From assembly GCF_053078305.1 (NCBI RefSeq), contig NZ_CP166879.1: DNA of 64,000 nt; one strand, given 5' to 3'. The notes beneath the pieces were generated by a model. That model had not been told where the DNA came from and did not search any database. It saw only the letters and a program-made list of their open reading frames with translations. A program made the translations under genes and the position numbers. This document shows positions 1 through 12,982 of this stretch, piece by piece. Position 1 is the stretch's first letter; each line of letters begins with the position of its first letter.

Positions 1-766
1 CAGATTTGATTTCTCCCCAGGCCACCTGATCCATCGGAAAACCTTCGTAGTATTGCAAAGTAAACGCATCTACCAGCGAGTTGCCGACTTTCAGCGGCCC
101 GGAAACACCTGGTTCTTGTTGATACTTCGCGCTAAAGGTATTTTTGCCATCCACCAGCGAACACTGTTGTTTCTCTTTACAGGCAGGGGAATCTTTATAG
201 TTAACGATTTTTTCCAGTAGCTGGTAGCTGTCGGTAAGCTGGAGTTTGCTGAGCTCTTTCTCCATTGCCGCCACCGCCTGTTCACTGAATGCGGCGGAAT
301 CATCGGTGATCACCGGGTTAAAGGTTGGGTCCATGGTGCCCATTTTTTCCTGGTGATGCACAGGAATATCACACCCCGGGAATGCGCCGGTAATAAAGAA
401 CTGTGCGGTCGCGACAGTACGTTGCAGACTATTGGCATAGGCATAAACGGTGTCCGGCGGCGGGCATTCCCCCGATTTCACCATTCCCTGCTCTGCCAGC
501 CATTCACGCATGTAATGGCCCATATACACTTCGAGCACGCCACCTTTGGTGGTGAGTTGCCCACCGGGGACGTCCCATTCGGGCCATTTATTCGGCGTCG
601 ACTGCTCCAGCACACTGCCATTGTTCGCCAGCGGCGCACGTAAGTTATGGCGGCTCATCATGAGCACTTGCTGTAGCTGATAGCCTTCCGGTACGGTTTG
701 TGCCTGAGCATTTGAAGCGAGTAAAACTATCCCTGCCACAGTTGCGGCGATTAGCGTTTTGTTCAT
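1..766 (-). CDS. agp: glucose-1-phosphatase Agp, N-terminal part (gene continues past window start)
   Basis: Minus-strand ATG near 764-766 with AAGAGG SD gives [12 protein letters not shown]...; synteny with yccE-cbpA as in K-12. Confidence 0.88.
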   Translation of the reverse strand, partial: MNKTLIAATVAGIVLLASNAQAQTVPEGYQLQQVLMMSRHNLRAPLANNGSVLEQSTPNKWPEWDVPGGQLTTKGGVLEVYMGHYMREWLAEQGMVKSGECPPPDTVYAYANSLQRTVATAQFFITGAFPGCDIPVHHQEKMGTMDPTFNPVITDDSAAFSEQAVAAMEKELSKLQLTDSYQLLEKIVNYKDSPACKEKQQCSLVDGKNTFSAKYQQEPGVSGPLKVGNSLVDAFTLQYYEGFPMDQVAWGEIKS

Positions 767-1058
767 TCCTGGCACCTCTTTTGTTATCAATCACTAAAGA
801 GTGTGACAGAAATATGACTTTTTTCCGGGAACAGGTTCGCAAAATGGCCTGTTGAACACCTGTTTTTCTATATACATCTTCAAAAACAGGCAAGGTTTGA
901 CGCAAACTATGCCTGAATAGCCCCTGCCTCGCGTACGCCGCTGATAATTGCACCTGTGGCTAAACAGAATATCTGCGGCGTTACCAATACAGAGACAATA
1001 TTTAACAATAAAAAAGTGTGAGACTAATAACAATGGTTTTTAGCATATGCCTTTGCCA

Positions 1059-2309
1059 TTAAATTGCATAACGATTTAAATAGTCAAGTTGCGCATTCAT
1101 TTCCTTATTGTTTAACTTGTAAGCCTGAGCAAAAAGTTCAGGAGGGAGGTAAACGTCATAATGATTGCCGGTGTTTATTAAATAACCATACTCAAGATCT
1201 TCATCTGTTGAAAAGGATTCATTCCCTAAGGAGATTGATGCTACATTACTATTAACAATAAATAATGAGCAAATGCTATCTGAAAGAACAGAAAGAAAAT
1301 TCTTCACCGCTTTAATCCTATCCGACGTGTCGGTATCTAAAGCAAGCAAATTCTTGTTATCATTAAATATAAACTCGGGTAAATGCAGGATACATTTTTC
1401 GTTATTCAAGCAACTATCAATGAATTGTTTTTTAAAAAAAAGAAAGCTCCATGACATGGGACTACCCACACCCTGAATTTTGTTGTCAGATTGCAGATCA
1501 ACGCCAAATAATGTCTTAACATCTTCCCTGAGATCATAGAATGCCGCATCAACAAGAGCCTCGATCGTTTGTTTATCAACAATTTTAATAAACTCTTCGT
1601 ATACTTCCTTTTGTGTCTTATGACTGCCCAGCGCCCATGAATAATCATGTTGTTTTAAAACCAGTATAGCTCTTAACAGACAATATCCATCGCCATCTAC
1701 AGGAGCATATTTTAATCCTAATGCCTGGTTAGTTTCACTCTGAATAAAAGATATACCAGATAAATCAATACCAGTATCTAAATCAGATATTCCCGGCGTA
1801 TTTATCCATTCTGGCTGAACGCTAATATTTTCATCATCTAAACAATACTCAGAAAAAACATCATCACACAAACCTTCAATAAATTTTATAAAATTAAGCC
1901 AACAATAACCTTTAAAATCTGCGATAGTCTCTGAACTTCTGTCCGGCAATGATATAATAACAAGCTCTCTCTCTTGAGAATATTTTATAGTATATGTAAA
2001 ACCTCCTGAAACTCCTGAATAAATTTGCGTATCTTTAGTATGCAATGTTTTCAAAAATGAAGATAAATCATTATCATTTTGCATTTCATATAATTGTTTT
2101 TCTAGCGATTCACATTCCAGACATGGAGTATCCTCTTCATTTACTTTACGTCTGAGTTCATTGTACAACCGCATAAAACACACCAGTGTGTTTTCAAAAA
2201 GCGTGATTGAATATGTTTGATTTTTTTCGTACTCATTTTTTATATCGTTCCAGGCCTGTTTCAAATAATTATTTGCAGTGCAACTAATTCCATGTAAATT
2301 ACTACCCAT
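1059..2309 (-). CDS. yccE: uncharacterised protein YccE
   Basis: 416-aa ORF MGSNLHGISCTANNYLKQAWNDIKNEY...; AT-rich gene between agp and cbpA as in K-12. Confidence 0.8.
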   Translation of the reverse strand: MGSNLHGISCTANNYLKQAWNDIKNEYEKNQTYSITLFENTLVCFMRLYNELRRKVNEEDTPCLECESLEKQLYEMQNDNDLSSFLKTLHTKDTQIYSGVSGGFTYTIKYSQERELVIISLPDRSSETIADFKGYCWLNFIKFIEGLCDDVFSEYCLDDENISVQPEWINTPGISDLDTGIDLSGISFIQSETNQALGLKYAPVDGDGYCLLRAILVLKQHDYSWALGSHKTQKEVYEEFIKIVDKQTIEALVDAAFYDLREDVKTLFGVDLQSDNKIQGVGSPMSWSFLFFKKQFIDSCLNNEKCILHLPEFIFNDNKNLLALDTDTSDRIKAVKNFLSVLSDSICSLFIVNSNVASISLGNESFSTDEDLEYGYLINTGNHYDVYLPPELFAQAYKLNNKEMNAQLDYLNRYAI

Positions 2310-2569
2310 ATATAGCGCCTATAAAATTTAATAAATAATGACGCCCTAGTTAAACTTAAAGTGCCTGGTTCAACTATCAAAAATCGCTCACCCTTTTTCA
2401 CCTGTTTAAAATATGTTCAGCAACCCATCTTGATGGCGACATCCTCTCCGCGATGATTTCAATAACATATTCTGTGTTGGCATATGAAATTTTGAGGATT
2501 ACCCTACACTTATAGGAGTTACCTTACAGGGGTTCCTTCAATTTGTGTTGATTTACGCGAGATAACGCT

Positions 2570-3490
2570 ATGGAATTAAAGGATTATTACGCCATCATGG
2601 GCGTGAAACCGACGGACGATCTCAAGACAATCAAGACCGCCTATCGTCGACTGGCCCGTAAATACCATCCTGATGTCAGCAAAGAACCGGATGCCGAAGC
2701 CCGCTTCAAAGAGGTCGCTGAAGCCTGGGAAGTGTTAAGTGATGAACAACGTCGCGCTGAGTATGATCAGATGTGGCAACATCGCAACGATCCGCAATTT
2801 AACCGTCAGTTCCACCATGGCGACGGTCAGAGTTTTAACGCCGAAGATTTTGACGATATCTTCTCGTCAATTTTCGGTCAGCATGCCCGCCAGAGCCGTC
2901 AACGCCCCGCCACACGCGGCCACGATATTGAAATCGAAGTGGCGGTATTCCTCGAAGAAACGCTTACTGAGCATAAGCGTACCATCAGCTATAACCTGCC
3001 GGTTTATAACGCCTTTGGCATGATCGAACAGGAAATCCCGAAAACGCTGAATGTGAAGATCCCGGCAGGCGTCGGCAATGGTCAACGTATCCGCCTGAAA
3101 GGCCAGGGGACGCCGGGCGAAAACGGCGGTCCAAATGGCGACCTGTGGCTGGTGATTCATATTGCGCCACATCCGCTGTTTGATATTGTCGGCCAGGATC
3201 TGGAAATTGTGGTGCCGGTTAGCCCGTGGGAAGCGGCGCTGGGTGCTAAAGTCACCGTTCCAACACTGAAAGAAAGCATTTTGCTGACTATCCCGCCTGG
3301 CAGCCAGGCCGGGCAACGATTGCGCGTTAAAGGCAAAGGTCTGGTGAGCAAAAAACAGACCGGCGATCTGTATGCGGTACTGAAAATCGTGATGCCGCCG
3401 AAACCGGATGAAAACACTGCCGCGCTGTGGCAGCAACTGGCAGACGCCCAGTCGTCTTTTGATCCACGTAAAGATTGGGGGAAAGCATAA
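2570..3490 (+). CDS. cbpA: curved-DNA-binding DnaJ-like co-chaperone CbpA
   Basis: 306-aa [38 protein letters not shown] (J domain with HPD motif). Confidence 0.95.
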
Positions 3491-3795
3491 TGGCTAATGT
3501 TACGGTGACTTTTACTATTACCGAATTTTGCCTGCATACCGGCATCTCTGAAGAGGAATTGAATGAAATTGTCGGTTTGGGGGTGGTTGAACCGCGTGAG
3601 ATCCAGGAAACAACCTGGGTATTTGACGACCATGCCGCCATCGTGGTGCAACGCGCGGTGCGCCTGCGTCATGAACTGGCTCTGGACTGGCCGGGGATCG
3701 CGGTGGCGCTGACGTTAATGGATGATATTGCGCACCTGAAGCAGGAAAACCGCCTGCTGCGCCAGCGGCTTTCCCGGTTTGTAGCTCATCCGTGA
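3490..3795 (+). CDS. cbpM: chaperone modulator CbpM
   Basis: ATG overlaps cbpA stop (TAATG); 101 aa [35 protein letters not shown]... Confidence 0.92.
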
Positions 3796-3799
3796 TGTG

Positions 3800-3945
3800 T
3801 GTTTGCCGGATGTGATGACGCATCTTAGCCTGCCTGCAAAGAGTACTTTTCCTGTGGGCCGGATAAGGCGTTCACGCCGCATCCGGCGGCGGTGCCCTAA
3901 TGCCTGATGCGACGCTAAACGCGTCTTATCAGGCCAACAAACGAC
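3800..3945. repeat. REP/BIME palindromic units in cbpM-torD intergenic region
   Basis: GCCGGATAAGGCGTTCACGCCGCATCCGGC and TGCCTGATGCGACGCTAAACGCGTCTTATCAGGCC type palindromes. Confidence 0.7.
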
Positions 3946-3946
3946 G

Positions 3947-4546
3947 TTATCTGTTTTGGTGGTCGCCCTCAACTAACACCAGCAATAACTGGCTTAATGC
4001 CGCGTAAAAACCAAAGCTGTCATACTGATGGCAACGCGCAGCAAACTCTGGTAACCATTGCCACAGCGCCGTGAGTGTTTTTTGCCGTAAACTGTCGATT
4101 CTTCGCGCAGGAACCGTCCCCTCTCCCAGCGAAAAATGCAGATGACTCAACAACTCGAGATAGATCGCCAGATGATCTGCCGGTTCGTTGAAATTGCCGC
4201 TGGTTTCCATCCCTGCCTCAACTAACAAGCGTTTAATCTCTTGCTCGTCCTGTTTGTAGGCCGATGCATACGGCAGCGCCGCTTGTTTGTCAGTCATCAG
4301 AAACAGGCCGCAAAAGTCTGCGGCCAGTTCCAGACGGGCATCGTCACGTACTGTCAGAGTGGCAACACGCTTTTCCAGCTCATCCACCGCCGCAGTGAGC
4401 GGCGGTTCGCTTTTCAGCAACGAAAACCATTCAGCCATCTGCGCACTGGCGATTTGCGTCAGTTGTTCATCGTCCAGTTCACGGGAGAACAACTGCGCCA
4501 GCCAGGCGTAAACACAGGCTATCTGTTGTGCTGTCAGCGTGGTCAT
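3947..4546 (-). CDS. torD: TorA-specific chaperone TorD
   Basis: 199-aa product [26 protein letters not shown]...; ATG overlaps torA stop; track ORF starts 11 codons upstream. Confidence 0.92.
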   Translation of the reverse strand: MTTLTAQQIACVYAWLAQLFSRELDDEQLTQIASAQMAEWFSLLKSEPPLTAAVDELEKRVATLTVRDDARLELAADFCGLFLMTDKQAALPYASAYKQDEQEIKRLLVEAGMETSGNFNEPADHLAIYLELLSHLHFSLGEGTVPARRIDSLRQKTLTALWQWLPEFAARCHQYDSFGFYAALSQLLLVLVEGDHQNR

Positions 4547-7089
4547 AATTTCACCTGCGACGCGGGAACATATTCGCACTGCGCCACCATCTCCACGGGG
4601 CCGTTAAACGCCGTTACCTGCTCCACTGTTCCGTTGTACTTCTCAATTTCCACCAGCGTAGTGTGCGCACTGGTCGCCTGCGCCAGCTGCGAAGTACCGA
4701 TGTCGATGGTCAACACGTTGGGGTTACCATATTTGCACAGCGCACCAGGCTCGCCGCCTTTATCTGGATCGTACCATGCCCCTTCGTGAATTCGCGCCAC
4801 GCCGGGTGCATAGCGGTCAGAAACTACTGCCCCTGCCAACACCTGACCGCGAGCGTTAAAGACGCGTACCACATCACCGTTACGAATACCGCGCGCGCTG
4901 GCATCCTGCGGGTTAATGAACACTGGCTCTTTACCCGCTACCGTATATTGCTGACGCAGAGTTTCCGACTCACATAACTGCGAGTGAAGTCGGAAATCCG
5001 GATGCACAGATTGCAGATGCAACGGATACGTCTGCGAGCCGGGCCCACCGTGGGAGCGTTCGATTTTCTCAAACCACATCGGATGCCCCTGACAATCGTC
5101 GTAGTTCATATCGGCGATGGTTTTCGAATAGATCTCAATCAGGCCACTCGGCGTGCCCAGCGGTTCGAGATCCGGATCTTCGCGGAATGCCTGGTGGCGA
5201 ACAAACATCTGCGGATGGTCAAACTCGACGTACTCTTTGTTATTCCAGAAGTCATCAAACGCTGGCAAATGAACGCCGCGTCCTTTGCCTTGCTGAACAC
5301 CTTCCTGCCAGATGCGTTTCAGCCAGCCCATTTCGTCCAGCCCTTCGGTAAAGGCTTCTTCGCGATTAAAGCGGCGGCACAGCTCACGGAAAATATCAAA
5401 GTCGTTGCGCGCCTCGAACTGCGGCGGCACGACCTGTTTCATGGCGATAATGCCACGGTTGGAGTGGTTGCCGTACTGGTCGAGATCGTTACGCTCAAAC
5501 TGCGTGGTCGCAGGCAGCACGATATCGGCAAAGCGGCAGGTTGAGGTCCACTGGTTATCTATGGCGATAACCGTTTCCAGCTTGCGCCAGCCTTCAATAA
5601 TGCGGTTGATCTGCTGATGGCGATGGAATGGGTTAGTTCCGGCAAAAATACACATTTTCAGCGGCGGCAGTTTTACCGATTTACCGTTCCAGTTGATCAC
5701 TTTCCCCGGTTCGAGGATCGCATCGATAAAACGGGCAATCGGAATGGTGCTGCTGTAGCCTTTGTAATCACTGTTGTCGTGAACAGGCGGAATCGACGTA
5801 GAGCCGGAGAAACCACTCAGAATAACGCCTTTACGCCCCGGCGTGCCTGCGCCGTTATAGTGCCAGCCAAAACCAAAGCCACCACCTGGCAGGCCAATTT
5901 GCCCCAGCATCGCCGCCAGAACCACAATCATCCACGCCCACTGTTCACCGTGCTGCATACGCTGTACGCACCAGCCAGCAATAATCTGCGTTCTGTTCGC
6001 CGCCATCTGCCGCGCCAGCCCACGAATGGTTTCGGCATCAATGCCGGTCAGTTTTTCAGCCCATGCAGCATCTTTCGGCTGACCGTCTTTCTCGCCCAGC
6101 AGATACGGCAGGAACTGCTCAAAACCCACACAGTAGTTAGCGAGGAAGTTTTTGTCGTACAGGTTTTCACTGTACAGCGTATGCGCCAGCGCCAGTTGCA
6201 GCGGCACGTCAGTTTGCGGGTTAACCGCAATGTGCTTCACATGCTCGCGCCCCAGATACTCATGGGTGGATGTAACAACCGGATCGATGCTAATGACCTC
6301 CATTTCACCGGCAGCGACTTTCGCTTTCAACTGCGCGTAATATTCATAAACATCGTGATCCGGGCACCACCAGTTCGCTTGCTGGTTTTTCAGCAAATCG
6401 GAGCCCCACAGCACAATGGTTTTGCTGTTCTGCAATACCAGCGGCCAGGAGGTTTGCTGTTCATACACTTCCATCGAACCGACTACGCGCGGCAGGATCA
6501 CCTGCGCAGCACCAGTAGAGTAATCTCCGCCCGTACCAACGCTATTACCATGCAAGGCAATAGCTTTCGCCAGCATCCCCGAAGCGTTATGGAACATCCC
6601 CGTCGATTGCCAACCACTGGCGGTCAGCAAGGCACTCGGCCCGTGAGTTTTCTGTACGCGTTCCAGTTCTTCATAGAACATGTCGAGGGCTTCATCCCAG
6701 CTCACGCGCACAAAACGGTTATCACCGCGCTGGGAGGTGTCGCTCAGATGGCGCTTACGCAGCCAATCCACGCGTACCATCGGATAACGAATACGCGCCG
6801 CGTTGTGTACGTGGTCCGGCAATCCGGCGATCATTTTCGACGGATATTTATCCAGTTCGAACGGTTTTGCCGCCACAAAGCGACCATCCTTCACCGTCGC
6901 GCGGATAGCCCCCCAGTGCGACCCGGTAAGAATGCCCTCTTTCGAGATGACAGCCTCAGTCGCCGCTTGCGCCGCAGTCGCACGGCGCGGCGTTAACAAT
7001 GACGGCCCCAGCATCCCGGCGACGGTTAAGCCGCCGAGTTGTGCCAGAAAACGCCGACGTGATGCCTGAAAGAGATCGTTATTGTTCAT
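4543..7089 (-). CDS. torA: trimethylamine-N-oxide reductase TorA (molybdoenzyme)
   Basis: 848 aa, N-terminal Tat signal [42 protein letters not shown]. Confidence 0.96.
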   Translation of the reverse strand: MNNNDLFQASRRRFLAQLGGLTVAGMLGPSLLTPRRATAAQAATEAVISKEGILTGSHWGAIRATVKDGRFVAAKPFELDKYPSKMIAGLPDHVHNAARIRYPMVRVDWLRKRHLSDTSQRGDNRFVRVSWDEALDMFYEELERVQKTHGPSALLTASGWQSTGMFHNASGMLAKAIALHGNSVGTGGDYSTGAAQVILPRVVGSMEVYEQQTSWPLVLQNSKTIVLWGSDLLKNQQANWWCPDHDVYEYYAQLKAKVAAGEMEVISIDPVVTSTHEYLGREHVKHIAVNPQTDVPLQLALAHTLYSENLYDKNFLANYCVGFEQFLPYLLGEKDGQPKDAAWAEKLTGIDAETIRGLARQMAANRTQIIAGWCVQRMQHGEQWAWMIVVLAAMLGQIGLPGGGFGFGWHYNGAGTPGRKGVILSGFSGSTSIPPVHDNSDYKGYSSTIPIARFIDAILEPGKVINWNGKSVKLPPLKMCIFAGTNPFHRHQQINRIIEGWRKLETVIAIDNQWTSTCRFADIVLPATTQFERNDLDQYGNHSNRGIIAMKQVVPPQFEARNDFDIFRELCRRFNREEAFTEGLDEMGWLKRIWQEGVQQGKGRGVHLPAFDDFWNNKEYVEFDHPQMFVRHQAFREDPDLEPLGTPSGLIEIYSKTIADMNYDDCQGHPMWFEKIERSHGGPGSQTYPLHLQSVHPDFRLHSQLCESETLRQQYTVAGKEPVFINPQDASARGIRNGDVVRVFNARGQVLAGAVVSDRYAPGVARIHEGAWYDPDKGGEPGALCKYGNPNVLTIDIGTSQLAQATSAHTTLVEIEKYNGTVEQVTAFNGPVEMVAQCEYVPASQVKL

Positions 7090-8261
7090 TATTTTTCTTC
7101 CTTCTTATCGCCGTGAGCCTTACCTGCGGTGTCAGACGCATTCATTTGCAGATATTTCAACAAGGTGCGTTCTTCACGTTTATCGAGGCTGGTAAAGCCA
7201 ATCATGCCGTTGAGCGTGCCAATCCAGCCGTTAGCGTCAAAGTGAGAGATTTCCGGTGCGCCGTGGCACTGGTTACAGGTGCCGTTGTACAACGAATCCG
7301 CATATGCCCAGATCGGTTTGATATCGTTCACCATGTCGCCTTTCTTCATCCACGCGGTGGCCTGCAACTTGCTCCACTCGGTATTGGTGTCGGCAACGGT
7401 GGTTTTCTCCAGCGTTTTCACCTGCTGCTGCACATCACCACGAATCGAGGCAACAAAGATGCGTTTACCTGGGAATTGGGTGAGTACACGCTGACGTCCG
7501 GCGCTTTCTGTCCAGCCGGTAATTTCAATTTGCAGCCAGTCGCCGTCACGTTTAAGGACTTTCACTTCCGAGGCAGGCAGCAGAGAACCTGAGGCTTCTT
7601 TATCGCCTTTCGCCGCATAAATCGGCTTAATATCAATAGAGTACAGCGTGTCGCCACTGTCATTAGCACCGGCGCGCAGCTCATCGAACTGCTTACGGAA
7701 GCCGCTACTCATATCCGGTAACTGGTGGGCAATACCTTTATGACAGTCGATGCAGGATTGATTATCTTTCGCTGCCACCTTCATCTGACGTGCCGCTTCA
7801 GGATGCTGCTTCGCATGATCCATCGCATCGTAGTTATGGCAGGAGCGACAGGTTGCCGAGTTGTTTTCTTTCATTCGCGCCCATTCACGCTCGGCAAGTT
7901 CCGCGCGTTTGGCTTCAAATTTTTCAGGTGTATCAATGGAGTGGGCAATAAAGGTCTGGTAGATATCGTTGCTCGCTTCCAGTTTGCGCTTCACCATGCC
8001 TGGAATATCCGGCGGGATATGACAGTCATGGCATTCAGCTCGCACGCCGGAGGCGTTCTGGAAATGCACCGACTGTTTATATTCTTCATACACCGGTTGC
8101 ATACTGTGGCAACTGACACAAAATTCGGTTGTGCTGGTGACTTTGATCCCAACGTGTGGCAATACAATCAGCGAAATGCCAATCACAATCCCAATAGCGA
8201 CCAGCGCCAGTACCGACCAACGAGCACTGGGTCGGCGTAGCGCGTTCCAGAGTTTCCGCAT
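7089..8261 (-). CDS. torC: pentahaem c-type cytochrome TorC
   Basis: 390-aa product from MRKLWNALRRPSARWSVLALVAIGIV; several CxxCH haem motifs; track ORF extends 16 codons upstream. Confidence 0.93.
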   Translation of the reverse strand: MRKLWNALRRPSARWSVLALVAIGIVIGISLIVLPHVGIKVTSTTEFCVSCHSMQPVYEEYKQSVHFQNASGVRAECHDCHIPPDIPGMVKRKLEASNDIYQTFIAHSIDTPEKFEAKRAELAEREWARMKENNSATCRSCHNYDAMDHAKQHPEAARQMKVAAKDNQSCIDCHKGIAHQLPDMSSGFRKQFDELRAGANDSGDTLYSIDIKPIYAAKGDKEASGSLLPASEVKVLKRDGDWLQIEITGWTESAGRQRVLTQFPGKRIFVASIRGDVQQQVKTLEKTTVADTNTEWSKLQATAWMKKGDMVNDIKPIWAYADSLYNGTCNQCHGAPEISHFDANGWIGTLNGMIGFTSLDKREERTLLKYLQMNASDTAGKAHGDKKEEK

Positions 8262-8309
8262 AATAGCCCCTGTAAAATTATGGTTTAGTGAAGCGATCTT
8301 AATGAGCAA

Positions 8310-8372
8310 ATATGAACAGCGGCACTGGTCAGGATGAATGGCTTACGGCAGAATATGAACAGATATGAACAG
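8310..8372. promoter_or_regulatory. torCAD promoter region with TorR boxes (decamer CTGTTCATAT as read on the torC strand)
   Basis: atatgaacag at about 8310-8319 and in tandem at 8353-8372 (reverse complement CTGTTCATAT), plus a degenerate copy near 8333; lies between divergent torC and torR. Confidence 0.8.
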
Positions 8373-8390
8373 AATGAGTAAAACCCTCTG

Positions 8391-9083
8391 ATGCCACATC
8401 ACATTGTTATTGTTGAAGATGAGCCGGTTACCCAGGCGCGATTACAATCCTACTTCACTCAGGAGGGGTATACCGTTTCCGTTACGGCGAGCGGTGCCGG
8501 GCTACGGGAAATTATGCAGAATCAGCCGGTGGATTTAATTCTGCTGGATATCAACTTGCCCGATGAAAATGGCCTGATGTTAACCCGCGCCCTGCGAGAA
8601 CGCTCAACGGTGGGGATTATTCTGGTTACCGGACGCAGCGATCGGATTGACCGTATTGTTGGGCTGGAAATGGGCGCAGACGATTACGTCACCAAACCGC
8701 TGGAACTGCGCGAACTGGTAGTACGGGTAAAAAATCTGCTCTGGCGAATCGACCTCGCGCGACAAGTTCAACCGCTCACTCAGGACAACTGCTATCGCTT
8801 TGCCGGTTATTGCCTGAATGTGTCGCGCCATACGCTGGAGCGGGATGGCGAGCCGATTAAACTGACCCGCGCAGAGTATGAAATGTTGGTGGCATTTGTG
8901 ACCAATCCGGGCGAAATTCTCAGCCGTGAACGTCTGCTTCGTATGCTCTCTGCGCGTCGGGTGGAAAACCCTGACCTGCGCACCGTCGATGTGTTAATTC
9001 GTCGTTTACGCCATAAACTCAGCGCGGATTTACTGGTGACGCAACATGGCGAAGGTTATTTCTTAGCCGCTGATGTGTGCTGA
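8391..9083 (+). CDS. torR: response regulator TorR (OmpR family)
   Basis: 230 aa MPHHIVIVEDEPVTQARLQSYFTQEGYTVSV; receiver plus winged-helix domains. Confidence 0.95.
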   Translation: MPHHIVIVEDEPVTQARLQSYFTQEGYTVSVTASGAGLREIMQNQPVDLILLDINLPDENGLMLTRALRERSTVGIILVTGRSDRIDRIVGLEMGADDYVTKPLELRELVVRVKNLLWRIDLARQVQPLTQDNCYRFAGYCLNVSRHTLERDGEPIKLTRAEYEMLVAFVTNPGEILSRERLLRMLSARRVENPDLRTVDVLIRRLRHKLSADLLVTQHGEGYFLAADVC

Positions 9084-10084
9084 TAAAAATAGACCGGACG
9101 AAATCCCCCTGGCGACAGCGAGCGGCGGATATGTTCGCGGTCGGCATTTTTCGGCGTCAGAACTAAAATCGGTGGGCTGACATTATCAGACACCGATTGC
9201 CCCTGTAATTGCCTGATGGCCTGCTCAACTGCCAGTTCCCCCTGCCAGACCATTTGATCGCTGGCAGCCATAATCACTCTTCCCCGCTTCAGCCCGCGAT
9301 ACACCTGATGTGAAAGATAAAACGACACCACGGTAAGCGGCGTTTTCAGGTTACGCCCTTCCCCCATTGCCGCCTCTGCCGCAATGGCCGTTCCGGCAAC
9401 GACGTCGATTTCTGGATGGCGTTCCAGCATCTCCTGCAACAGGTTACGCTGGATTTCAATATCGTTATCACCAAGCGCAATATCAACAATACGCACCGGG
9501 CTTCCGGCAATGGCTGCGCGAAAACCCTCGACCATCTCCTTACTGCCCCCGGCGTTATCGGGTCCGGGCATCAACAGCACGTTCAGTGGTTTACCGTGCG
9601 CCCATTGCACCAAATATCGCCCAGGTTGATAGCCCATCTGAAACCAGGGTACACCAACGCGGCTTTTCACCTGGGGAGCATCAATAGCATTTACCAGTTC
9701 GATCACCGGCAGACTTGCTACCTGCTTTTGCAGATCGGGAAATGACGTCGTGCTACTACCGAGCAAAATGGCCTCTGCGCCCCACTGTTTACACTGGTCG
9801 ATTTGTGCTTGCTGGGTAGCCAACTGGCTGTAGCCGCCTGCCTCCAGCACTTTTAAATCCACACCGTAGCGGCGAGCAGCCTCCTGCATACCATAGTTCA
9901 ACGATAACCAGTATGAATCTTTCAGGCTGGGATAAAGCGCGCACAGTTTCCAGGCGCGTTTGGCTTTAAGCGGCGTAGAGGATTGCACCGTGAAATGCTG
10001 CGCATCATGCCAGCGCAACAGGTTATCAGCCGAAAATGCCGGCAACATGAAAAGGGAAAGAAGTAAAAATAGCAGTACGCGCAT
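9056..10084 (-). CDS. torT: periplasmic TMAO-binding protein TorT
   Basis: 342 aa with signal peptide [21 protein letters not shown]; overlaps torR end as in K-12. Confidence 0.93.
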   Translation of the reverse strand: MRVLLFLLLSLFMLPAFSADNLLRWHDAQHFTVQSSTPLKAKRAWKLCALYPSLKDSYWLSLNYGMQEAARRYGVDLKVLEAGGYSQLATQQAQIDQCKQWGAEAILLGSSTTSFPDLQKQVASLPVIELVNAIDAPQVKSRVGVPWFQMGYQPGRYLVQWAHGKPLNVLLMPGPDNAGGSKEMVEGFRAAIAGSPVRIVDIALGDNDIEIQRNLLQEMLERHPEIDVVAGTAIAAEAAMGEGRNLKTPLTVVSFYLSHQVYRGLKRGRVIMAASDQMVWQGELAVEQAIRQLQGQSVSDNVSPPILVLTPKNADREHIRRSLSPGGFRPVYFYQHTSAAKK

Positions 10085-10166
10085 GATAGCCTCATCAATA
10101 ATAAGGCTTTATGCTAGATGCATTCCGCTTTGCGACTCAACATTTTTCACCTTAAGTGCACCGACC

Positions 10167-12911
10167 GTGAATTTAACCCTGACCCGAAGACTCTGGATGG
10201 GCTTTGCCCTGATGGCGCTGTTAACCCTGACCAGTACCCTGGTGGGATGGTACAACCTGCGCTTTATCAGCCAGGTGGAAAAAGACAATACTCAGGCATT
10301 GATTCCTACCATGAATATGGCGCGCCAGTTGAGCGAAGCCAGCGCCTGGGAACTTTTCGCCGCGCAGAACCTGACCAGTGCCGATAACGAAAAGATGTGG
10401 CAGGCGCAGGGGCGAATGCTCACCGCACAAAGCCTGAAGATTAATGCGTTGCTGCAAGCGTTACGGGAACAAGGTTTTGATACCACCGCTATTGAACAAC
10501 AGGAGCAGGAGATCTCCCGTTCGTTACGTCAGCAAGGGGAACTGGTGGGGCAGCGTTTGCAACTGCGCCAGCAACAACAGCGACTCAGTCAGCAGATAGT
10601 CGCTGCCGCCGATGAGATCGCACGCCTGGCGCAAGGTCAGGCGAATAATGCGGCAACCTCCGCCGGAGCGACCCAGGCCGGGATTTACGATTTGATCGAA
10701 CAAGATCAGCGTCAGGCTGCTGAAAGTGCACTCGATCGGCTGATTGATATCGATCTTGAGTATGTTAACCAGATGAATGAACTGCGCCTTAGCGCTCTGC
10801 GGGTGCAGCAAATGGTGATGAATCTGGGGCTGGAGCAGATCCAGAAAAATGCGCCAACGCTGGAAAAGCAGCTCAATAATGCGGTGAAAATTCTGCAACG
10901 TCGGCAAATACGCATTGAAGATCCGGGAGTTCGTGCTCAGGTCGCAACAACGTTAACTACCGTTAGCCAATATAGCGATTTGCTGGCGCTGTTCCAGCAG
11001 GACAGTGAAATCAGCAATCACCTGCAAACTCTCGCCCAAAATAATATCGCCCAGTTCGCGCAGTTTAGTAGCGAAGTCAGTCAGCTGGTCGACACCATTG
11101 AGCTGCGCAATCAGCATGGACTGGCGCATCTGGAAAAAGCCAGTGCACGCGGGCAATACAGCCTGTTATTGCTGGGGATGGTTTCACTTTGCGCACTGAT
11201 TCTGATCCTCTGGCGCGTGGTTTATCGCTCAGTCACGCGTCCACTTGCCGAACAAACGCAGGCGCTGCAACGGCTGCTGGACGGTGATATTGACTCCCCT
11301 TTTCCGGAAACCGCTGGCGTACGGGAGCTGGATACCATCGGGCGGCTGATGGATGCGTTTCGCAGCAGTGTTCATGCACTGAATCGCCACCGCGAACAGC
11401 TGGCGGCGCAGGTCAAAGCACGTACAGCTGAATTGCAGGAACTGGTGATAGAACACCGACAGGCACGGGCGGAAGCAGAAAAAGCCAGCCAGGCAAAATC
11501 GGCGTTTCTGGCGGCGATGAGCCATGAGATCCGCACACCGCTGTACGGTATTCTCGGCACCGCACAGCTACTGGCAGATAACCCCGCACTTAACGCCCAG
11601 CGTGATGATTTGCGGGCGATTACCGACTCTGGCGAATCGTTGCTGACCATCCTGAACGATATTCTCGATTATTCGGCTATCGAAGCAGGCGGCAAGAATG
11701 TTTCGGTCAGCGATGAACCCTTTGAACCGCGACCGCTGCTGGAAAGTACCCTGCAATTAATGAGTGGACGGGTGAAAGGTCGCCCGATTCGCCTGGCAAC
11801 GGCAATTGCCGACGATGTACCGACTGCGTTAATGGGCGATCCGCGGCGTATTCGTCAGGTCATTACCAACCTGTTGAGCAACGCCCTGCGTTTTACTGAC
11901 GAAGGGCAGATCGTTTTACGTAGCCGTACTGATGGTGAGCAATGGCTGGTCGAAGTGGAAGACAGCGGCTGCGGTATTGATCCCGCGAAACTGGCAGAAA
12001 TCTTCCAGCCATTTATTCAGGTAAGTGGCAAACGCGGCGGCACCGGGCTGGGGCTGACTATCAGTAGCCGTCTGGCCCAGGCGATGGGCGGCGAACTGAG
12101 CGCCACCAGCACGCTGGAGGTTGGAAGCTGTTTTTGTTTACGCTTGCCGTTACGTGTTGCCACAGCACCCGCGCCAAAAACAGCCAATCAGGCGGTGCGT
12201 CTGGACGGTTTACGTTTGCTGTTAATTGAAGATAACCCGCTAACCCAGCGAATTACCGTTGAGATGCTGAACACCAGTGGTGCGCAGGTTGTTGCTATTG
12301 GCAATGCCGCGCAGGCTTTAGAGACACTGCAAAATAGCGAACCGTTTGCTGCCGCACTGGTGGATTTTGATCTGCCGGATATCGACGGCATTACCCTTGC
12401 CCGGCAACTGGCACAGCAATATCCGTCGCTGGTTTTGATTGGCTTTAGCGCTCATGTCATTGACGAAACGCTGCGCCAGCGTACCAGTTCACTATTTCGC
12501 GGGATTATCCCTAAACCGGTGCCGCGTGAAGTGCTAGGTCAGTTACTGGCGCACTATCTCCAACTGCAAGTCAATAACGATATACCACTTGATGTATCGC
12601 AACTCAATGAAGATGCTCAATTAATGGGGACGGAGAAGATCCACGAATGGCTGGCATTATTTAAACAACATGCCCTGCCGCTTCTCGATGAAATCGACAT
12701 TGCCCGCGCCAGCCAGGACAGCGAGAAAATAAAGCGTGCCGCGCATCAGCTAAAAAGCAGTTGCTCGAGTCTGGGAATGCGTAGCGCCAGCCAGCTATGC
12801 GCACAACTGGAGCAGCAGCCATTATCTGCCCCCCTTCCACACGAAGAAATTACACGCAGTGTTGCCGCTCTGGAAGCATGGTTGAATAAGAAAGACCTGA
12901 ACGCGATTTGA
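10167..12911 (+). CDS. torS: hybrid sensor histidine kinase TorS
   Basis: GTG start ([19 protein letters not shown]), 914 aa; H-box SHEIRTPL, receiver and HPt domains; track ORF start at 9960 overlaps torT and is not used. Confidence 0.92.
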   Translation: MNLTLTRRLWMGFALMALLTLTSTLVGWYNLRFISQVEKDNTQALIPTMNMARQLSEASAWELFAAQNLTSADNEKMWQAQGRMLTAQSLKINALLQALREQGFDTTAIEQQEQEISRSLRQQGELVGQRLQLRQQQQRLSQQIVAAADEIARLAQGQANNAATSAGATQAGIYDLIEQDQRQAAESALDRLIDIDLEYVNQMNELRLSALRVQQMVMNLGLEQIQKNAPTLEKQLNNAVKILQRRQIRIEDPGVRAQVATTLTTVSQYSDLLALFQQDSEISNHLQTLAQNNIAQFAQFSSEVSQLVDTIELRNQHGLAHLEKASARGQYSLLLLGMVSLCALILILWRVVYRSVTRPLAEQTQALQRLLDGDIDSPFPETAGVRELDTIGRLMDAFRSSVHALNRHREQLAAQVKARTAELQELVIEHRQARAEAEKASQAKSAFLAAMSHEIRTPLYGILGTAQLLADNPALNAQRDDLRAITDSGESLLTILNDILDYSAIEAGGKNVSVSDEPFEPRPLLESTLQLMSGRVKGRPIRLATAIADDVPTALMGDPRRIRQVITNLLSNALRFTDEGQIVLRSRTDGEQWLVEVEDSGCGIDPAKLAEIFQPFIQVSGKRGGTGLGLTISSRLAQAMGGELSATSTLEVGSCFCLRLPLRVATAPAPKTANQAVRLDGLRLLLIEDNPLTQRITVEMLNTSGAQVVAIGNAAQALETLQNSEPFAAALVDFDLPDIDGITLARQLAQQYPSLVLIGFSAHVIDETLRQRTSSLFRGIIPKPVPREVLGQLLAHYLQLQVNNDIPLDVSQLNEDAQLMGTEKIHEWLALFKQHALPLLDEIDIARASQDSEKIKRAAHQLKSSCSSLGMRSASQLCAQLEQQPLSAPLPHEEITRSVAALEAWLNKKDLNAI

Positions 12912-12982
12912 ATCAATATCAGCCAGTTAAGAATAACTAGAATAGTGGCATTTGGTATGCAACTTAACGGACTGGCAAAATC

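Noticed and set aside
5617-6996. 459-aa plus-strand ORF
   Set aside because: Antisense shadow ORF entirely inside torA; Arg/Ser-rich low-complexity translation and no RBS
9960-10166. N-terminal extension of torS in the track ORF
   Set aside because: Overlaps torT coding sequence; the TorS N-terminus begins at the GTG ([13 protein letters not shown]) at 10167
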